Shown piece after piece: positions 49,618 through 62,109 of a stretch of DNA of 64,000 nucleotides. This DNA is from Zygnema circumcarinatum SAG 698-1b. Its lineage: Eukaryota > Plantae > Zygnematophyceae. The position numbers and the translations under genes were made by a program. Below the pieces are notes generated by a model. That model had not been told where the DNA came from. It was given only the letters and a program-made list of their open reading frames with translations, and did no database searches. The stretch covers positions 643,492 through 707,491 of the forward strand of contig CM074822.1 of the NCBI GenBank assembly GCA_037447605.1, in the 5' to 3' direction. Position 1 is the first letter of the stretch. Each line of letters opens with the position of its first letter.

Positions 49618-49742
49618 CCAATGGGGGGAAGCCATGTGTCAGATTTTGAAACGTGGCAATCAACGATTGGTCGGAGATCGTAAATCTTCCAATAAGGACA
49701 CGCCACGTGGACAGATTTGTACACGTGGTGTGCTCCCATTGG
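49618..49742. promoter_or_regulatory. Cluster of CCAAT-N9-CCACG (ERSE-type) elements in the divergent promoter region
   Basis: Perfect copies at 49652-49670 (-), 49689-49707 (+) and 49724-49742 (-). A near-copy ending in CCATG is at ~49618. Confidence 0.6.
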
Positions 49743-50851
49743 ACGGCGATCAGCTGTGTTCGCAGTTCGCTCTCGTCAGGAATTAGGGTTCTAGGAGCAC
49801 GACCATGGAACTGGATTTCACAGTTTTATGGATTTTCAGCCAGCTGAACGTCATGGAGCCGCCAGTTCCATGTGAATATTCCTGACCAGTAGGATTCGGA
49901 GAGCGAGATTCATCGTCGCTTCATCCCAGCCGTCGAATTCAAACAATCGACGGCGGAGGATCTGTCACGTAGGAGAACGTCAGCGTGACATGTGTCACGC
50001 TGGCATCGGCTGAACGCGCACAGTAAAAAGGGCAGAAAATACGGAACGGGTACAAATGGGATATATATAAAGTTGCAAACTTTCAAAAAACTAAGTTTGT
50101 TATGGAACATACGATCGTAAAGAAATTCAGATGCTCCGACAAGCCTAGTTTCTGGAACGATAGAATTTCACGGAATTTTTTTTGACGTCGGGGCAGGTCC
50201 ATCCGTACGCTCGGAGGGCAAAGGGGCGGACAAAAAGGACTAAACTTGGAATAAAATTTAAAGCAGCATCTTTTTTTAAGGACATCCGCGATGTTGAAAT
50301 TTCCAGATTTGCTTTTCAAAAAAGGTCCTCCCTCTGAAACGTGAATTACTGGTTTAAGTTTTTTGTGGACCACCACAAACCGTGACAAGGCTCAGAAGGT
50401 GACGTCATTAAGATGTTATATAGTTCTACATCTGCAATCTTTATGACGTCAGCCAGACACCCTGCAGGCCTCAAGGGGGTTCGAGTGTGATTTTTTGGAG
50501 CTCGGTGAGCTGAGTGGGGGGTGGGGAGAGAAAGAGGGAGAGAGCGAGAGAGGGAGAGAGGGGAGAGAGAGCGGGAGGGGAGAGAGAGAGGGAGAGAGAG
50601 TGGGCAGAGAGAGAGGGAGAGAGAGTGGGCAGAGAGAGAGGGAAAAGAGAGTGAGCAAAGAGAAAGGGGAGAAAGAAAAGAGTGAGGGAGCGAGAGACAG
50701 GGGAAGGTTAGAGAGAGAGGTAGAGAGTCAGAGGTGGGGAAGGAGAGAGGGAGAGAGGGAGAGGCAGAGAGAGAGAGGGACGCTACTCTTGCTTGCAAAA
50801 TAATTTTAAGACTTCCTCCGTGACTCTCCCATCCTTCACCTCTGCAACGCC

Positions 50852-53271
50852 ATGAATTCGGCCGCCGCATTGCCCGGATCAGCTGCTCGCTCCGCCATGG
50901 CCATGTCTGCCGGAATGCAGCAAACCCTTAGGACCGCAGCAGCAGCAGCATGCGGAATGCCATCCTCGTCCTCCTCCTCCCTCCCCCCCTTCTCCCTCTC
51001 CTCCTCCCTCTCCTCCCTCTCCTCCCTCTCCTCCCTCTCCTCCCTCTCCTCCTCCCCCTCCTACCCCTACTCCTCCCACACGTCAAACCTATCATGTAGC
51101 AGGAGCTTGTTGTCGGCATCATTCTCTTTAGGGTTGAAGAGAATTCCAGAAGGGAGACGGAGCCGCCAACGGAATGAGCACGTGCATGGAACCGCACGTG
51201 CGTCGGCGCTGAAGGAGAGCGGGGAGGGAGAGGGCGAAGAGGCGAAGCCCCCGCAGGAGGCAGTGCTGAAGGCCATTTCAGGTCAGTGTAAAGTGGGCCT
51301 CTCTCCTGCTGTTACGGAAGTGCTCAGGGAAGTAGTTTTTGGGAAGGAGATCTGCAAAGGGGCGAAGGAATTTCAGATTTTAGATTATGGACTTAATGTT
51401 CTGGGGAAACTGAGGTAAGGAGAGGGAGAGAGAGGGACGGAGAAGTTCGGAGAATATCTTGGGGGTTATTGTTAGTCAGCGAAGGTGAACGCAAGGAAGG
51501 CCTTCTTTCTAACATTTTAGAAATTGTTTAGGCTGAGAGAGAGTGGTATCGGGGAATAAAGGAAGGGGGGTGGGGAAGGGAGAATAAGGAGGAGAGGAAG
51601 GATGGGCAAAAGGAGGGGAGAGGGAGGGTTGGCGTGGGAGGTGGACTGCGAGGGAGGGGTGGAGGAGAAGAGAGAACGACGGTGGGAGAGAGAGGTGAGA
51701 CTATGACGTGGAGGAGGAGAAGTGAGTTGAAGGGATAGTTTCAGTACTCCGACGCTACTATTGGCTTGAATTTCGTTATTGTATTTTGGCCAGATTTTAG
51801 TTTAACCTACTGGTCGACTGTGTATGAAACCAACGATTGGCTGTAAGTTTGTGTGATTTTGCAGAGGTTGCAAAAATGGAAGGGCGGGCTTCAAAGACGA
51901 CTAATCTTGTGATGGGAGGGACTGTGAGTCCCCATGGGAGCACGTGGTTGGAGCTCGATCAGAAGGTCGGTAAATCCATAAATTGGTTATCTACTGAATG
52001 GGATGAAAACTAAAAACGAATGGTTACAATGTCATCTCTGTATTCATGTCACTTTTTTCACAAGTTCTTGATTTTCTGCGACATGCCTCCTGCGTTCTAT
52101 CTTGAATATAGCCTCTTTCTCGCCGTTTGAGGTCGCCATCTATGCAGGAGTTAATGCAGCCATAGGAATTCTGAGTTTTTTTAATGTGCAAGGGAATTGT
52201 TTACTGATTGTCAAAGTTTTGTTCAATTGCAACAGCAGACTAGAGTTTTTTAGAAAACCATTTTTGCATTTGGCCTGATCAGGACGATCTCTAGGTTTCC
52301 CAGAGAAAACCTACCGATAGTAGTCTGAGCTAAGCCACTCCCAATCAAAGAGGCGGAGGTTTGGAATGGCACTCAGATGCCTATCTTCGAGGGGAAACCA
52401 CATGTCTTGATTTCTGTAATTGAAGATGAAAAAGATAGGGTAATTCAAAGTGTGCTTGAAAGGCCCTATCGTGGAAGACTAGCCATTCAATCAGAAGCCA
52501 CATATAGACTCCCTCCATAGTGTTTCCTCTCCCTTTCCCACTTCCCCCGCCTCTCCCTCTCCCTCTCCCTGTCCCTGTCCCACCTACCTCCCCTCCCCCC
52601 CTTCCTCCCCCTCTCCTTCTCCCAACTCGCGCTCTCCCTCCCCCTCTTCCTCCTCCTCTCCCACTCCCAAAACTCAGCCCTTATAATATTGTGTCATGCA
52701 GGTTAACACGTATCCAAGTCTCCGAGGGTTCACAGCCATCGGCACAGGTGGGACGGATTTTGTGCAGTCGATGGTGGTGGCGGTTGAATCCGTCCTCCAG
52801 GAGCCAATACCCAAGGTGAGGACCCCTCCCTCTCCCTCTCTCCCTCTCTCTCGCTTCCGTCTCCCCTTCTCCCTCTCCCTCTCCCTCTCCCCCTCCCTCC
52901 CCTCCCTCTGTCCCTCTTCGTGTCCCCTCTCGTACCCCTCACCCTCTCCCTCTCCCTTGCCCTCTCCCACTATCGCCGTCTCCCTCTCCCTCCCCCGATC
53001 CCTCTCCCTCCCCCGATCCCTCTCCCTCCCCTGCTCCTCTCTTGTGAAACAGAACCACAAGTCCCCCTTGATCCTTGATTTTTTGGGGTCTGTTCAAACC
53101 ATAAGCGTTGAATTGTGTGTGAGGTCACTTCAAGTTGATCTTCTCAAGTGGAACTTGACCTCTAGGTGGGAAATTGGTCCTTTGCAGGGGAGAGTGAGGC
53201 AGCGGGAGTCAGCGGGTGGGCGATACATTTCAGTTAAGATTGGGCCAATGAGGGTGGAGTCAAGTCTGCAG
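50852..53271 (+). CDS. Plastid DUF493/YbeD-like protein (At1g27385 family); final exon not found
   Basis: Exons 50852-51281, 51865-51965, 52702-52815 and 53188-53271. PPQEAVLKAISEV, TTNLVMGGTV, WLELDQKVNTYPSLRGFTAIGTGG, FVQSMVVAVESV and GRYISVKIGP match the family. Ser-rich transit peptide. Confidence 0.9.
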
Positions 53272-53594
53272 GTGAATACCTCCAATCACTAAAGCTGTCA
53301 ATGGATGTGCTGAAGAGGATTTCTAAGGGTCACTGCTTTAGCATGGCTGACGGTTTGCTGGAAAGCTTCTCTACTCCGTGTCGTTGTGCGTGAAAACTCT
53401 CCCTCTCCCTCTCCTTCTCCTCTCTCTCACCCTCTCCCCCTCCCTCCCACCCTCCACCCTTGCCTGCCTCCCTCCTCTTCCCTTCTCTCCCTCCTTTCCC
53501 CACTTGCCCTCCTCCCCTCCTACCTTCCTCCCTCCAACTCCTCACTCTCCTCCCCATCTTCCCTCCCTCCCCGTCCTCCTTCCCCCCCCCCCCC

Positions 53595-53604
53595 NNNNNN
53601 NNNN
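53595..53604. other. Assembly gap (10 N) between poly-C and poly-G
   Basis: N run. Confidence 1.
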
Positions 53605-53640
<36 letters not shown>

Positions 53641-54621
53641 GGGTTTACGAGCAGAGCAGCCGCACAAATGGCTTTGTATATAAGCTCAGGTTGACAGAGT
53701 TTTAAATTTTTTTTTAATACGCATTTTCATTATTTGCCTTTCTGTACTGTAGGCTCGGTTTGTCTGTGGGGTCCATGTATTCTTCCATTTTCAAATACTT
53801 CTTTGGGATTGAGGATGGAACTGGAATGCACTGTTCATATGTGCGGAACTGGTACAAAAAAACAAATGTCTCTAGAATTATTTATCGGTTGGTTCTGGAT
53901 TCTAGAGAATGAACAGATGTGAACCGTACAAATTGCCTTGACTCATTCGCATTTCAAAGTGAGGAGAAAGAAGGCTTAGGGTCAAGAGATTAGGGTGTAA
54001 GGGTTTCAGGTTGAGGTAAAGAAAAGCTACATGGCAAGCAATGACACTGGTAATGATAATTATAATCACAACACGCAAAACTGGTTAAAGATGTACAAAG
54101 TTCTACTCCCTTTCTAAAGTAAGAAAAGCTACAAATCGAGTTAGATTAAGCAACTGGCTACGCGGTTCCGCTGTCTTTCATATCCGCAAAAGGCATTTGT
54201 TGCTCACTCCTAACCTCCATCAAACCGTTAGTACGCAACACAAGTAGTCCCGATCTTACTCATAAGCATACTCTCTCTCTCTCTCGCTCTCCGTCTCTCC
54301 CTCCCTTCTACCCCCTCCCCCTCACTTCTCCTCTCTCTCCGCTCCCTGTCCCTTTTCCCTCCACTTTCCCTCTCCCGCTCCCCCTCTCCACCCCTACCTC
54401 TACCTCTCCCCCTCCCCCTCTCCACCTCTACCTCTACCACTCCCTCTACCTCTCCCCCTACCTCTTCCCCCCCCCCCATCCCCCCTCTACCTCTCCTCCT
54501 CCCCCTCCTCCCCTCCCCCTCTTTCCCTTTACCTCTCCCCTCTCCCCATCCCCCTCTCCCCCTCTCCCCCTCCTCTCTCTCTCCAAGCCCTTAACCCTAA
54601 ACCTCCAAGTCAAAACCTTCC

Positions 54622-57137
54622 CTATAGCGGCTTCCCTGTGGCGCAGTCCATGGCTCGCAGTCCGAGCTTCCCCTGCGGCGAGTCCCAAACCACGAGGTAG
54701 TTCTCAAGCAGCAGAGCGCCCAAAATGTTTCCTCCGCTGCCCGAAGATTGGAGCACATTGCAGACCACTGTGGGCGACAAAAGTGCCAAATACTGCACAG
54801 CAGCAGAGAGGAGCCTTCACTTAGAATTTGCATTCGGTCGGAAACCCTAATCTGAACTCTTACTCAAGCCCTAAATTTCAGGCAATACTGCAAGGTCGGA
54901 CCATAGGACAGGCAACCATTGGCCAACCAACTGGCAGGCCAATGGTTGGACATTTGCAACCATTCGCAATGGTTGGCTGGGTCCGCCGACGATTAGTTCC
55001 AACCGTAGAGAACCAATGGTTGGCAACAAATGAGTCCAGCCATTGGTTGCCATTAGTTACCAAGGGCGAACCAACGGTTGGAAGCAATGGCATACCAACC
55101 ATTGGAAGAAATGGCATACCAACGATTGGCACAATTAGCAACGGTTGCCAACCATTGCATCAAACGCTTTGCAACCATTCCAGTGGTTGATCCAATGGTT
55201 CGACCTCTGCAATACCGCACAGAATCAACAGACCGATACCATAACAATAATAATAGGAAAAAAACAGCATCAGGCGAGTTTCCTTGGTTAAGTAAACCCA
55301 AACCAAAAGACATAAGCAGATAAATTCAGAACTCACATTATTAGGTTTCCACAGAAGAGTCGCCCCTCCCCGGAATACAACCTCAATAACGGGAAAAAGT
55401 GCAGTTGAATTGTACTCCCAACAAGGGGAAAATGTGCTTCCCTTCATCTTTTGAGGAGCAGTTTTCTTCGCATTCTTAGCAGCAGCAACAACTGCATCAA
55501 AAATAGGTTTCCATGCAGCTTCTGTGAAGAAGCCGTACGTTGTGGAAGTATCCAGAATGGTTCCCCCTCCAGCTTTCCCCTTCTTGAATCTGAAAGCAGA
55601 TGGCCGAACAGTAACAATAACTCCACCGACTTTCACATACGCGATCAGAACACTGAAAAAAAAAAAGAACCCTAGTAAGCATTAGAATTAGGGTTTAGGG
55701 GTTGAAGCTGAGCAGCTCATTGCAAGGCACTCTAGAAAAGCTTTAAGCAAGCAAAAGGTGTCTTCTTCTGCTATGGAGATGCTGCTGGAAAGCAGAGGTT
55801 GACCACTTTTAGTACTAAACAACTGACTTACAATTGACTGTAATCATTACGATTAGTAACTTAATAGTCATCCAAATGGACCACTTTCTAGTCATCCCAA
55901 TCGACCACTACTTACCAGTCATCCCAATTGACAACATTTTCGTCATCCCAACTGATCACTTACTAGTAATTAGTATTGGTGAAATCTGCCGTATTTGTAT
56001 ACAATCTCGTGTATTTCACTCCTCCTTTCGGAACTGCTGCTCCTCCGAACACCACCTGACTAGTCGAATTGCTCCGCTGGTTAACCAAACATGTTGCGAA
56101 CACATTTCTAGAAACCAACTTCATCTGACTAGGGAGAGACAAAAACCCTCTCCCAACTCCTAAAACCCCATCTGCATAAGTTAAACCCTTGTTCTTTTGT
56201 CCGCACCCAAAAACCACATCTTTCAACTGAAAAGTTTTGCCTTTTGTGGTAGAGAGAGAGAGAGTGTCGCGGGAGAGTCGGCCGAGGGAGAATCCGCTCC
56301 CAAAGAGGGAGCGATAAGGGCAGTCTCTTTGGGGGTTTTTGTAGCAGAAGGGTTTTTGTTTGGAGTATTGAACTGCAGGGTTGCTACATATAGCAGCGGA
56401 ACATGGGATTCTGAAATAAGAGGAAGATTTGCTGCTGTTGAAGTAAGGGTTCACTTGCCTGCAAGAGTGATTTGGGGGGTATTTAGGATTAAAAAAAATT
56501 GAAATTTGCTACAAGAATAGGCTATTGGGGTTGTTTCAACAGACCTGCAATGTACGATTGCGGAGAGTTTTGGAGGAGAAAAAATTACAAAGATGGGTCG
56601 GAAAAGGTTTTTAGGGTTTGAGACTCACTCAGAACATTGGCGGCAGTCGCACTGCGGCCGTACATGGGAACACAAAGAAACGACAAGAAATCTTGTAAGT
56701 GAAGGGGGAAACCACGAGGGAGCGAGAGGGTAGGCGCAGAGACAGAGAGCGAGAGAGAGAGAGAGGGTGGGAGCAGAAAGAGAGAGAGAGCGACAGTGAG
56801 AGAGGGTAGACGCATAAAAAGTGAGAGCGAGAAAGAGAGAGAGAGGGCGAGAGCGAGAGCGAGAGGGAGAGCGAGAGAGAGAGAGCGAGAGCGAGAGCGA
56901 GAGAGAGAGAGCGAGAGTGAGAGCGAGTGGGAGTGAGAGGGAGAGGGAGAGAACGAGCGAGAGCGAGAGCGGGAGAGAGAGAGCGAGAGTGAGAGCGAGA
57001 GGGAGTGAGAGAGAGAGAGAGCGAGAGCGAGAGCGAGAGGGAGCGAGAGCGAGAGCGAGAGGGAGAGCGAGATAGAGAGAGGGAGAGAGCGAGAGCAAGA
57101 GCGAGAGAGAGAGCGAGAGCGAGAGGGAGAGCGAGAG

Positions 57138-57174
<37 letters not shown>

Positions 57175-58156
57175 CTGCACGAAGAGAAGATCGGTGGCCG
57201 TATCAAAGACCACCTTTTGCAGTATTGGGGGACTCCCCAAATAGATGTCGACAAAGTACTGCCCGAATGTGGTCAGCCCGTTGTGGAGAGTCTGCCGGAA
57301 GGAGCTCAGAAGCTTCCGAGGTCGCTCTGGGGACCCTGACTCCGTTGCGCTTTCCATGCTTGAAGCAGTTTCAGTTTCAGTTTCAGTTTCAGTTTCAGTT
57401 TCCGTTGGATACAAGTCAAAGAGCCCCTCCTGCTTGGCGAGGAGAGCAGCGAGTCGAGATTTATCGTCTGCTGCATCTGCCGGATGGGGAAAAAGAAGAG
57501 TGTTTTTTGAGGTTTAGTTGAAGAATTTTAGGTTTTTTTTTTATTTAAAGAACTAAAATTGGTCAACACTAGAACACTACAATAATCCCAAAATCAAAGA
57601 AGAAAAGAGGGTGGAGGAGAATTCTGCGGGAGGGAAGGGAGGGGGAGAGGGAGAGAAAGGGAGGGGGAGGGGGAGAAGGAGCAGGCGGGAGAGGGGAGAG
57701 AGGAGGGGGGAGGTAGGAGGTGGGAGGGAGGAAGAGGGAGGAGGGAGGGAGGAGGGAGGGCGAGGGGGGGGGGGGGGGCAGGGGTGGGGGGTGGAAGAGG
57801 GAGAGGGATAGGGAGAGCGATAGGGATAGGGAGAGGGATAGGGAGAGGAGAGGGGGAGGTATAGGGAGAGAGAGAGGGAGCGGGAGAGGGAGAGGGATAG
57901 GGAGGAGGGAAGGGGGGAGGGGGTGGAAGGGGGAGAGTGATAAGGAGAGCGATAGGGATAGGGAGAGGAGAGGGGGAGGAATAGGGAGAGAGCGGGAGAG
58001 GGAGAGGGCAACAAAAGATCTTACAAGTGGCGACCATTTCCGACTCTGTTTTAAACTCCCGTTTGAACTCCGAAATTGGATGGTCTCGGTGCACGAGATG
58101 TGTGCTGTTGCCCCCCAAAAAAAGAAATCATTTCCATTTTCATCATTACCATTTCA

Positions 58157-58206
<50 letters not shown>

Positions 58207-59593
58207 AAGGACTCTTCACGCCCAAAGGACCTCACACCATATCTATAGGTGCTCCTACTTCCCTACTGTTTCCTTGTTGCCTGCTTAACAATCTGACGAT
58301 TACAACATAAGGACCCCTAGATAACAATAACCTAAGACAAATATATTAAATACAGGACTAAAAGGCTTTTTAAAAGTTGAACTCACCCGAAGCCATCTTT
58401 GGATCCACTTAGATCCCACATTCTGCCTATCTCATCTCCCTCCTCCTTCAACATTCGAGACCTTTTGTCTCCACTTTCTATCAAGAAAGGCAAATGTGTG
58501 CATTCCGCCCCTGCATATTCCACCCTCCCTCACTTCTTTAAGCTTAGTCCGAAAGCATATGTGCAGGTACAGTTATACAGATTTCGTGTACGGGAATTGA
58601 TGAAACCAATAGCAAGGGTCAATTGATAGGACTTCTTGTGAATCGTGCGCCTTCAATTTACGATGAGGGAAGGCAGAGAGCAAGGGGTATGAAGAGAGAG
58701 AGAGTGAGAGAGAGAGAGGGGAGAATGGAAGGAGAGTAGAGAGGAGGGAAAACAAGGGGATCGAGAGGAATGGAGAGGGCGGAACAGAGTGCAAGAGCAA
58801 AATATGTGAAAGTAAAGACAAGTAACAGAGGGATGACGAGAGAGAAAGGGAGAGTAGGAGAGAGAGAGGGAAAGGGTTAGAGGAGAGGTAAATAGAATGA
58901 AAGGGAAAGCAGGGAGGGAAGGAAAGGGGGTAGAGAGGGGACAGAGTTCACGGGCAAAACGCCTGAAAGAAGAGGTAAGAAACAGAGGGATGAGGAAGGA
59001 GCGGGAGAGAGAGTGAGAGAGGGGGACGGAGAGAGGGTTGGAGAGGGGCTGAGAGGAAGGTAGAGAGAGAGGGGTGGGATAGAGAGGGAGAATGTGGAGA
59101 AGGTGAACCAACAAAAGAGAAGCAACTACAACAGCTTATTTAGAAAATTAGAGGCAGTGCCTGTACGCATCACCGATGTGGGCTTCGTTCTCGAAAAACA
59201 GTCTCACTCTTCCCTCGTATCTCTCTTCCTGTCTCCACCCTCTCTCTCGCCCACTCCACTCTCTCTCTCTCTCCCTCTCACCCGCACCCACTTCCTCCCT
59301 CCGTTACCCCTCCTCCTCCTTCTCCTCCCTCGCCCACTCACCAAAAACAACCTCTCCGCTTCACTCCCCCTCTCCATCGGCCCCTGTCTCTCTCTCCCTC
59401 CCTCGCCACGAATAAAAATCATTTAAGTCTAAATAATCAGCCCTCTGCAATAACATTTAGACGCAGCGGGCTGCAAATGTATGCGCAGCGGGCTGCAAAT
59501 GTTTGCGCAGCGCTCACCTGCATGCTGCAGGAGAATCAGAAGAGAAACGCCCGCCAGCCACACGGCTCCTCTCAGCCAATCATGGGACGCCAT
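54622..59593 (-). CDS. Secreted A1-family (nepenthesin-like) aspartic protease, ~528 aa, atypical catalytic motifs
   Basis: Exons on -: 59593-59518, 58510-58387, 58104-58025, 57476-57175, 56651-56629, 56458-55964, 55652-55337, 54792-54622, all phase-consistent. Signal peptide, GFGTHLVHRDHP pro-segment, GQYFVDIYLGSPP, DTATDL, VQCDCRQC, FGCG, GVLGVGRG, DTSTT and C-terminal NILGALLLENYLVVWD...LGLRAMDC. Confidence 0.92.
54891..55209. mobile_element. hAT-type MITE (CCAACCATTGG family), best-preserved copy, in intron 7 of the aspartic protease
   Basis: TIRs CAAGGTCGGACCATAGGA / TCCAATGGTTCGACCTCTG and 8-bp TSD CAATACTG / CAATACCG (7 of 8). Confidence 0.8.
55866..55967 (+). repeat. ~24-27-bp minisatellite, 4 copies, abutting a splice donor
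   Basis: AGTCATCCCAATCGACCAC-like units. The donor of aspartic protease exon 6 lies within the last unit. Confidence 0.75.
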
Positions 59594-60835
59594 GTGTCGT
59601 CGGATGCAAGAGACCAGAGAGAGAGGAGAGAGAGAGAGGGAGGGAGAGAGAGACAGGAAGAGAGGGAGAGAGAGACAGGCAGAGAGGGAGAGAAAGAGGG
59701 AGAGAGTGACAGGCAGAGAGGGAGAGAGAGCGAGGGAGAGATAGACAGGGAGAGAGAGACAGGCAGAGAGGTGGAGAGGGAGAACGAGAGGGAGAGAGGG
59801 ATGGCGAGGAAAGACCGTCCCCGATAGGATACCCATGTGAAAGCCAACGTGGCTTGCCACGTGTACATTTGGTCTACGTGGCACGCTGTGATTGGTCAGT
59901 CTTGACCGTGCGCTGACGAACGGTCGCTATTTTGGAGGACATGATGGGAAATATTTTCCCTTTCTGGTTCTCGGGCAAGACTATGGAACAATTTATAGTC
60001 TGCCCGGAAGCGTTACAATGGGGAAAATTTTGGCCTTTCTGCTCACGGGCAGGTAAAGCAAATCGAATTCGATCTGGATATTTGTTCAGATTGGTATCCG
60101 TAAAAGAAAAGCTTTCATTGGCCAAAATTTTGGCTCTGTTTGAAAGCTCCATGCGCAGTTCCGTGCAGGTGCGCGTTTTTCAATGTACGACAGAATAATA
60201 TTGCTTTTGCACTTGCGAAACGTTGACTCAAGAAAATCTATCCAGCAGATTCCTTCAATTTTTTGCTCACGCAAAAAAAAAAAAAATTCCGAGCATTTTC
60301 GGACGAATCAAAAAGCATGAAAAATTTAAAAATAAAATAGTTCGAACTCACAAGAGGCGCAATACACGGCGCCTTCGCCGCTACTTTTGTCGTTTTGTGG
60401 TCCGCATCGTCCCGAGTCTCCCGACTCCCAATTGGCTCCACCGACATCTAGTCAACTATAGTATTACGTTGACCCGCCACTGGCCACTCAAAACATGCCA
60501 CGTGGCTCAGTCAAACTGCCCCTTCAGCTTCGTTGACCCAAGTGTCCTTTCCGACAAATTATTCAAGCGACAGGCCGCCGTCTGTCGCGGAGATGCTGAC
60601 ACGTAGCCTGTCGGGAACGTCTAAGCCGTTAGATCTCTTGCCACGTGGTTCATCGGCAGCGTCTCAGCCGTCCGATCGCCTGGAGTTGACGGCAATGTCG
60701 GTTGGGGCCGTCCAGGGTCAACGCATTTTCCGGCAACATGTCAAAGGGAGGGCACGTTGGCAGATTTGGCGGGCCATGTTTGGAAGATAAATTTGGCATT
60801 TTCATTCAGCTTATTGCATGGAGCAATGTGTCACT

Positions 60836-61110
60836 TTTAGGGTTAGGGGGATACGGTTTAGCGTTAGGGTTTAGGGCTAGGGTGAAGGGTTAGGGTTTAA
60901 GATAGTTTAGGAATAGCGTGTAGGGTTAGGGTTTACGGTTAGGGTGTAGGGTTAGGGTTTAGGAGTAGGGTTTAGGGGTAGGGTTTAGGGTTAGGATTAA
61001 GCGTTAGGGTGTAGAGACAGGGTCTAGGCGAAGGGTTTAGGATTAAGGTTTAGGGCTAGGATTTAGGGTTAGGATTTAGGGTTAGGGTTTACAATTAGGG
61101 TTTAGGGTTT
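60836..61110 (+). repeat. Interstitial telomere-like array mixing TTTAGGG and TTAGGG
   Basis: Degenerate ttagggtttagggctagggtgaagggttagggttt... Confidence 0.88.
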
Positions 61111-61623
61111 AAACACTTACCGGACGTTTCTTAAGCCACTCCTAATATTGCAGCTTTTTTTTCCTTTTTGAGCCACAGCACCAAACCGTGGCTCGAACTG
61201 TTGATCATCACTTCGTTCCAACCCAGGTTGGAGCTTTCCGTTTCATTTTGGTTCTGATTTCGTTTGCGTTTTGAGGTCTTTTGCCGAACATGCCCATACT
61301 ACGAATCGCAGAATTTGCAGATTGCATTTTACGCTATTGTTCAATCGTAACCAAGTTGCCATGCATCATGCGCTCATTGGGCGCTGGTCAACTCATGCAC
61401 TCTCAAGTAAGTACATGCAACACCAAACCCAGGAAGCCCTCCGGTTCAGTGAGGGCCAGTCCCCACTGGAGACCATGATCTTTCAAATGCTTAACTGGCA
61501 ATAAAATCGTGTACGGTATGGCAGCTGGCTGCCGGCTGCCATAGGAACCCTAAAACCGTGTACAGTACTGGCAACCAACTGCACGAGAAACCCTGAAAAC
61601 GTGAACTTCAACTGGCAGCCAAG

Positions 61624-61676
61624 TGCCATAGAAACCCTAAAAACGTGTACGGCGTGTTTTTAGGGTTTCTATGGCA
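61624..61676. repeat. Perfect 21-bp inverted repeat with an 11-nt loop, containing a telo-box
   Basis: TGCCATAGAAACCCTAAAAAC (61624-61644) and its exact reverse complement (61656-61676). A related direct copy is at ~61537. Confidence 0.9.
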
Positions 61677-62109
61677 GTTCCTTTCCATTGGAACATATCA
61701 AAAGTTACGTACGTCAGGACTCGCCACTAGCTTCGTCCGATAAGAGTCCATAATTGGGGTGTAAGGCAGAGCAAAGTGTTATGAATATGAAATTCGAAAA
61801 CAGTACTCTTCCCAGCAAGGTTGGTAGTAATAGCGTAAATAAAACGTTGCTTTCAAAACAAATATGGTCTGGCATCATGCTAAGTCTGACTAACCCTAGT
61901 TGGGGGGGTTGGACATCAAAACTTGTTGCACTTTTGAACTTCAAAATCAGTACAGGCTTGCCCGCCATTCCACCTATTTCAAGTCTGGAAACCCCTGACA
62001 ACCACACCTTGAAGCACAAACCAGTGCCAAGCTCATATCTGCTTGGTTTCGTTAACTTTGATTTACCTTCATTGAAAGAGAACTCTGGACTCACCGTTAC
62101 CGACGATCA

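Noticed and set aside
56821-57254. Leu/Ser or Arg/Glu repeat ORFs around 7.3, 28.7, 34.2, 40.7, 47.8 and 56.8 kb
   Set aside because: (CT)n/(GA)n microsatellite translations in introns or intergenic DNA.
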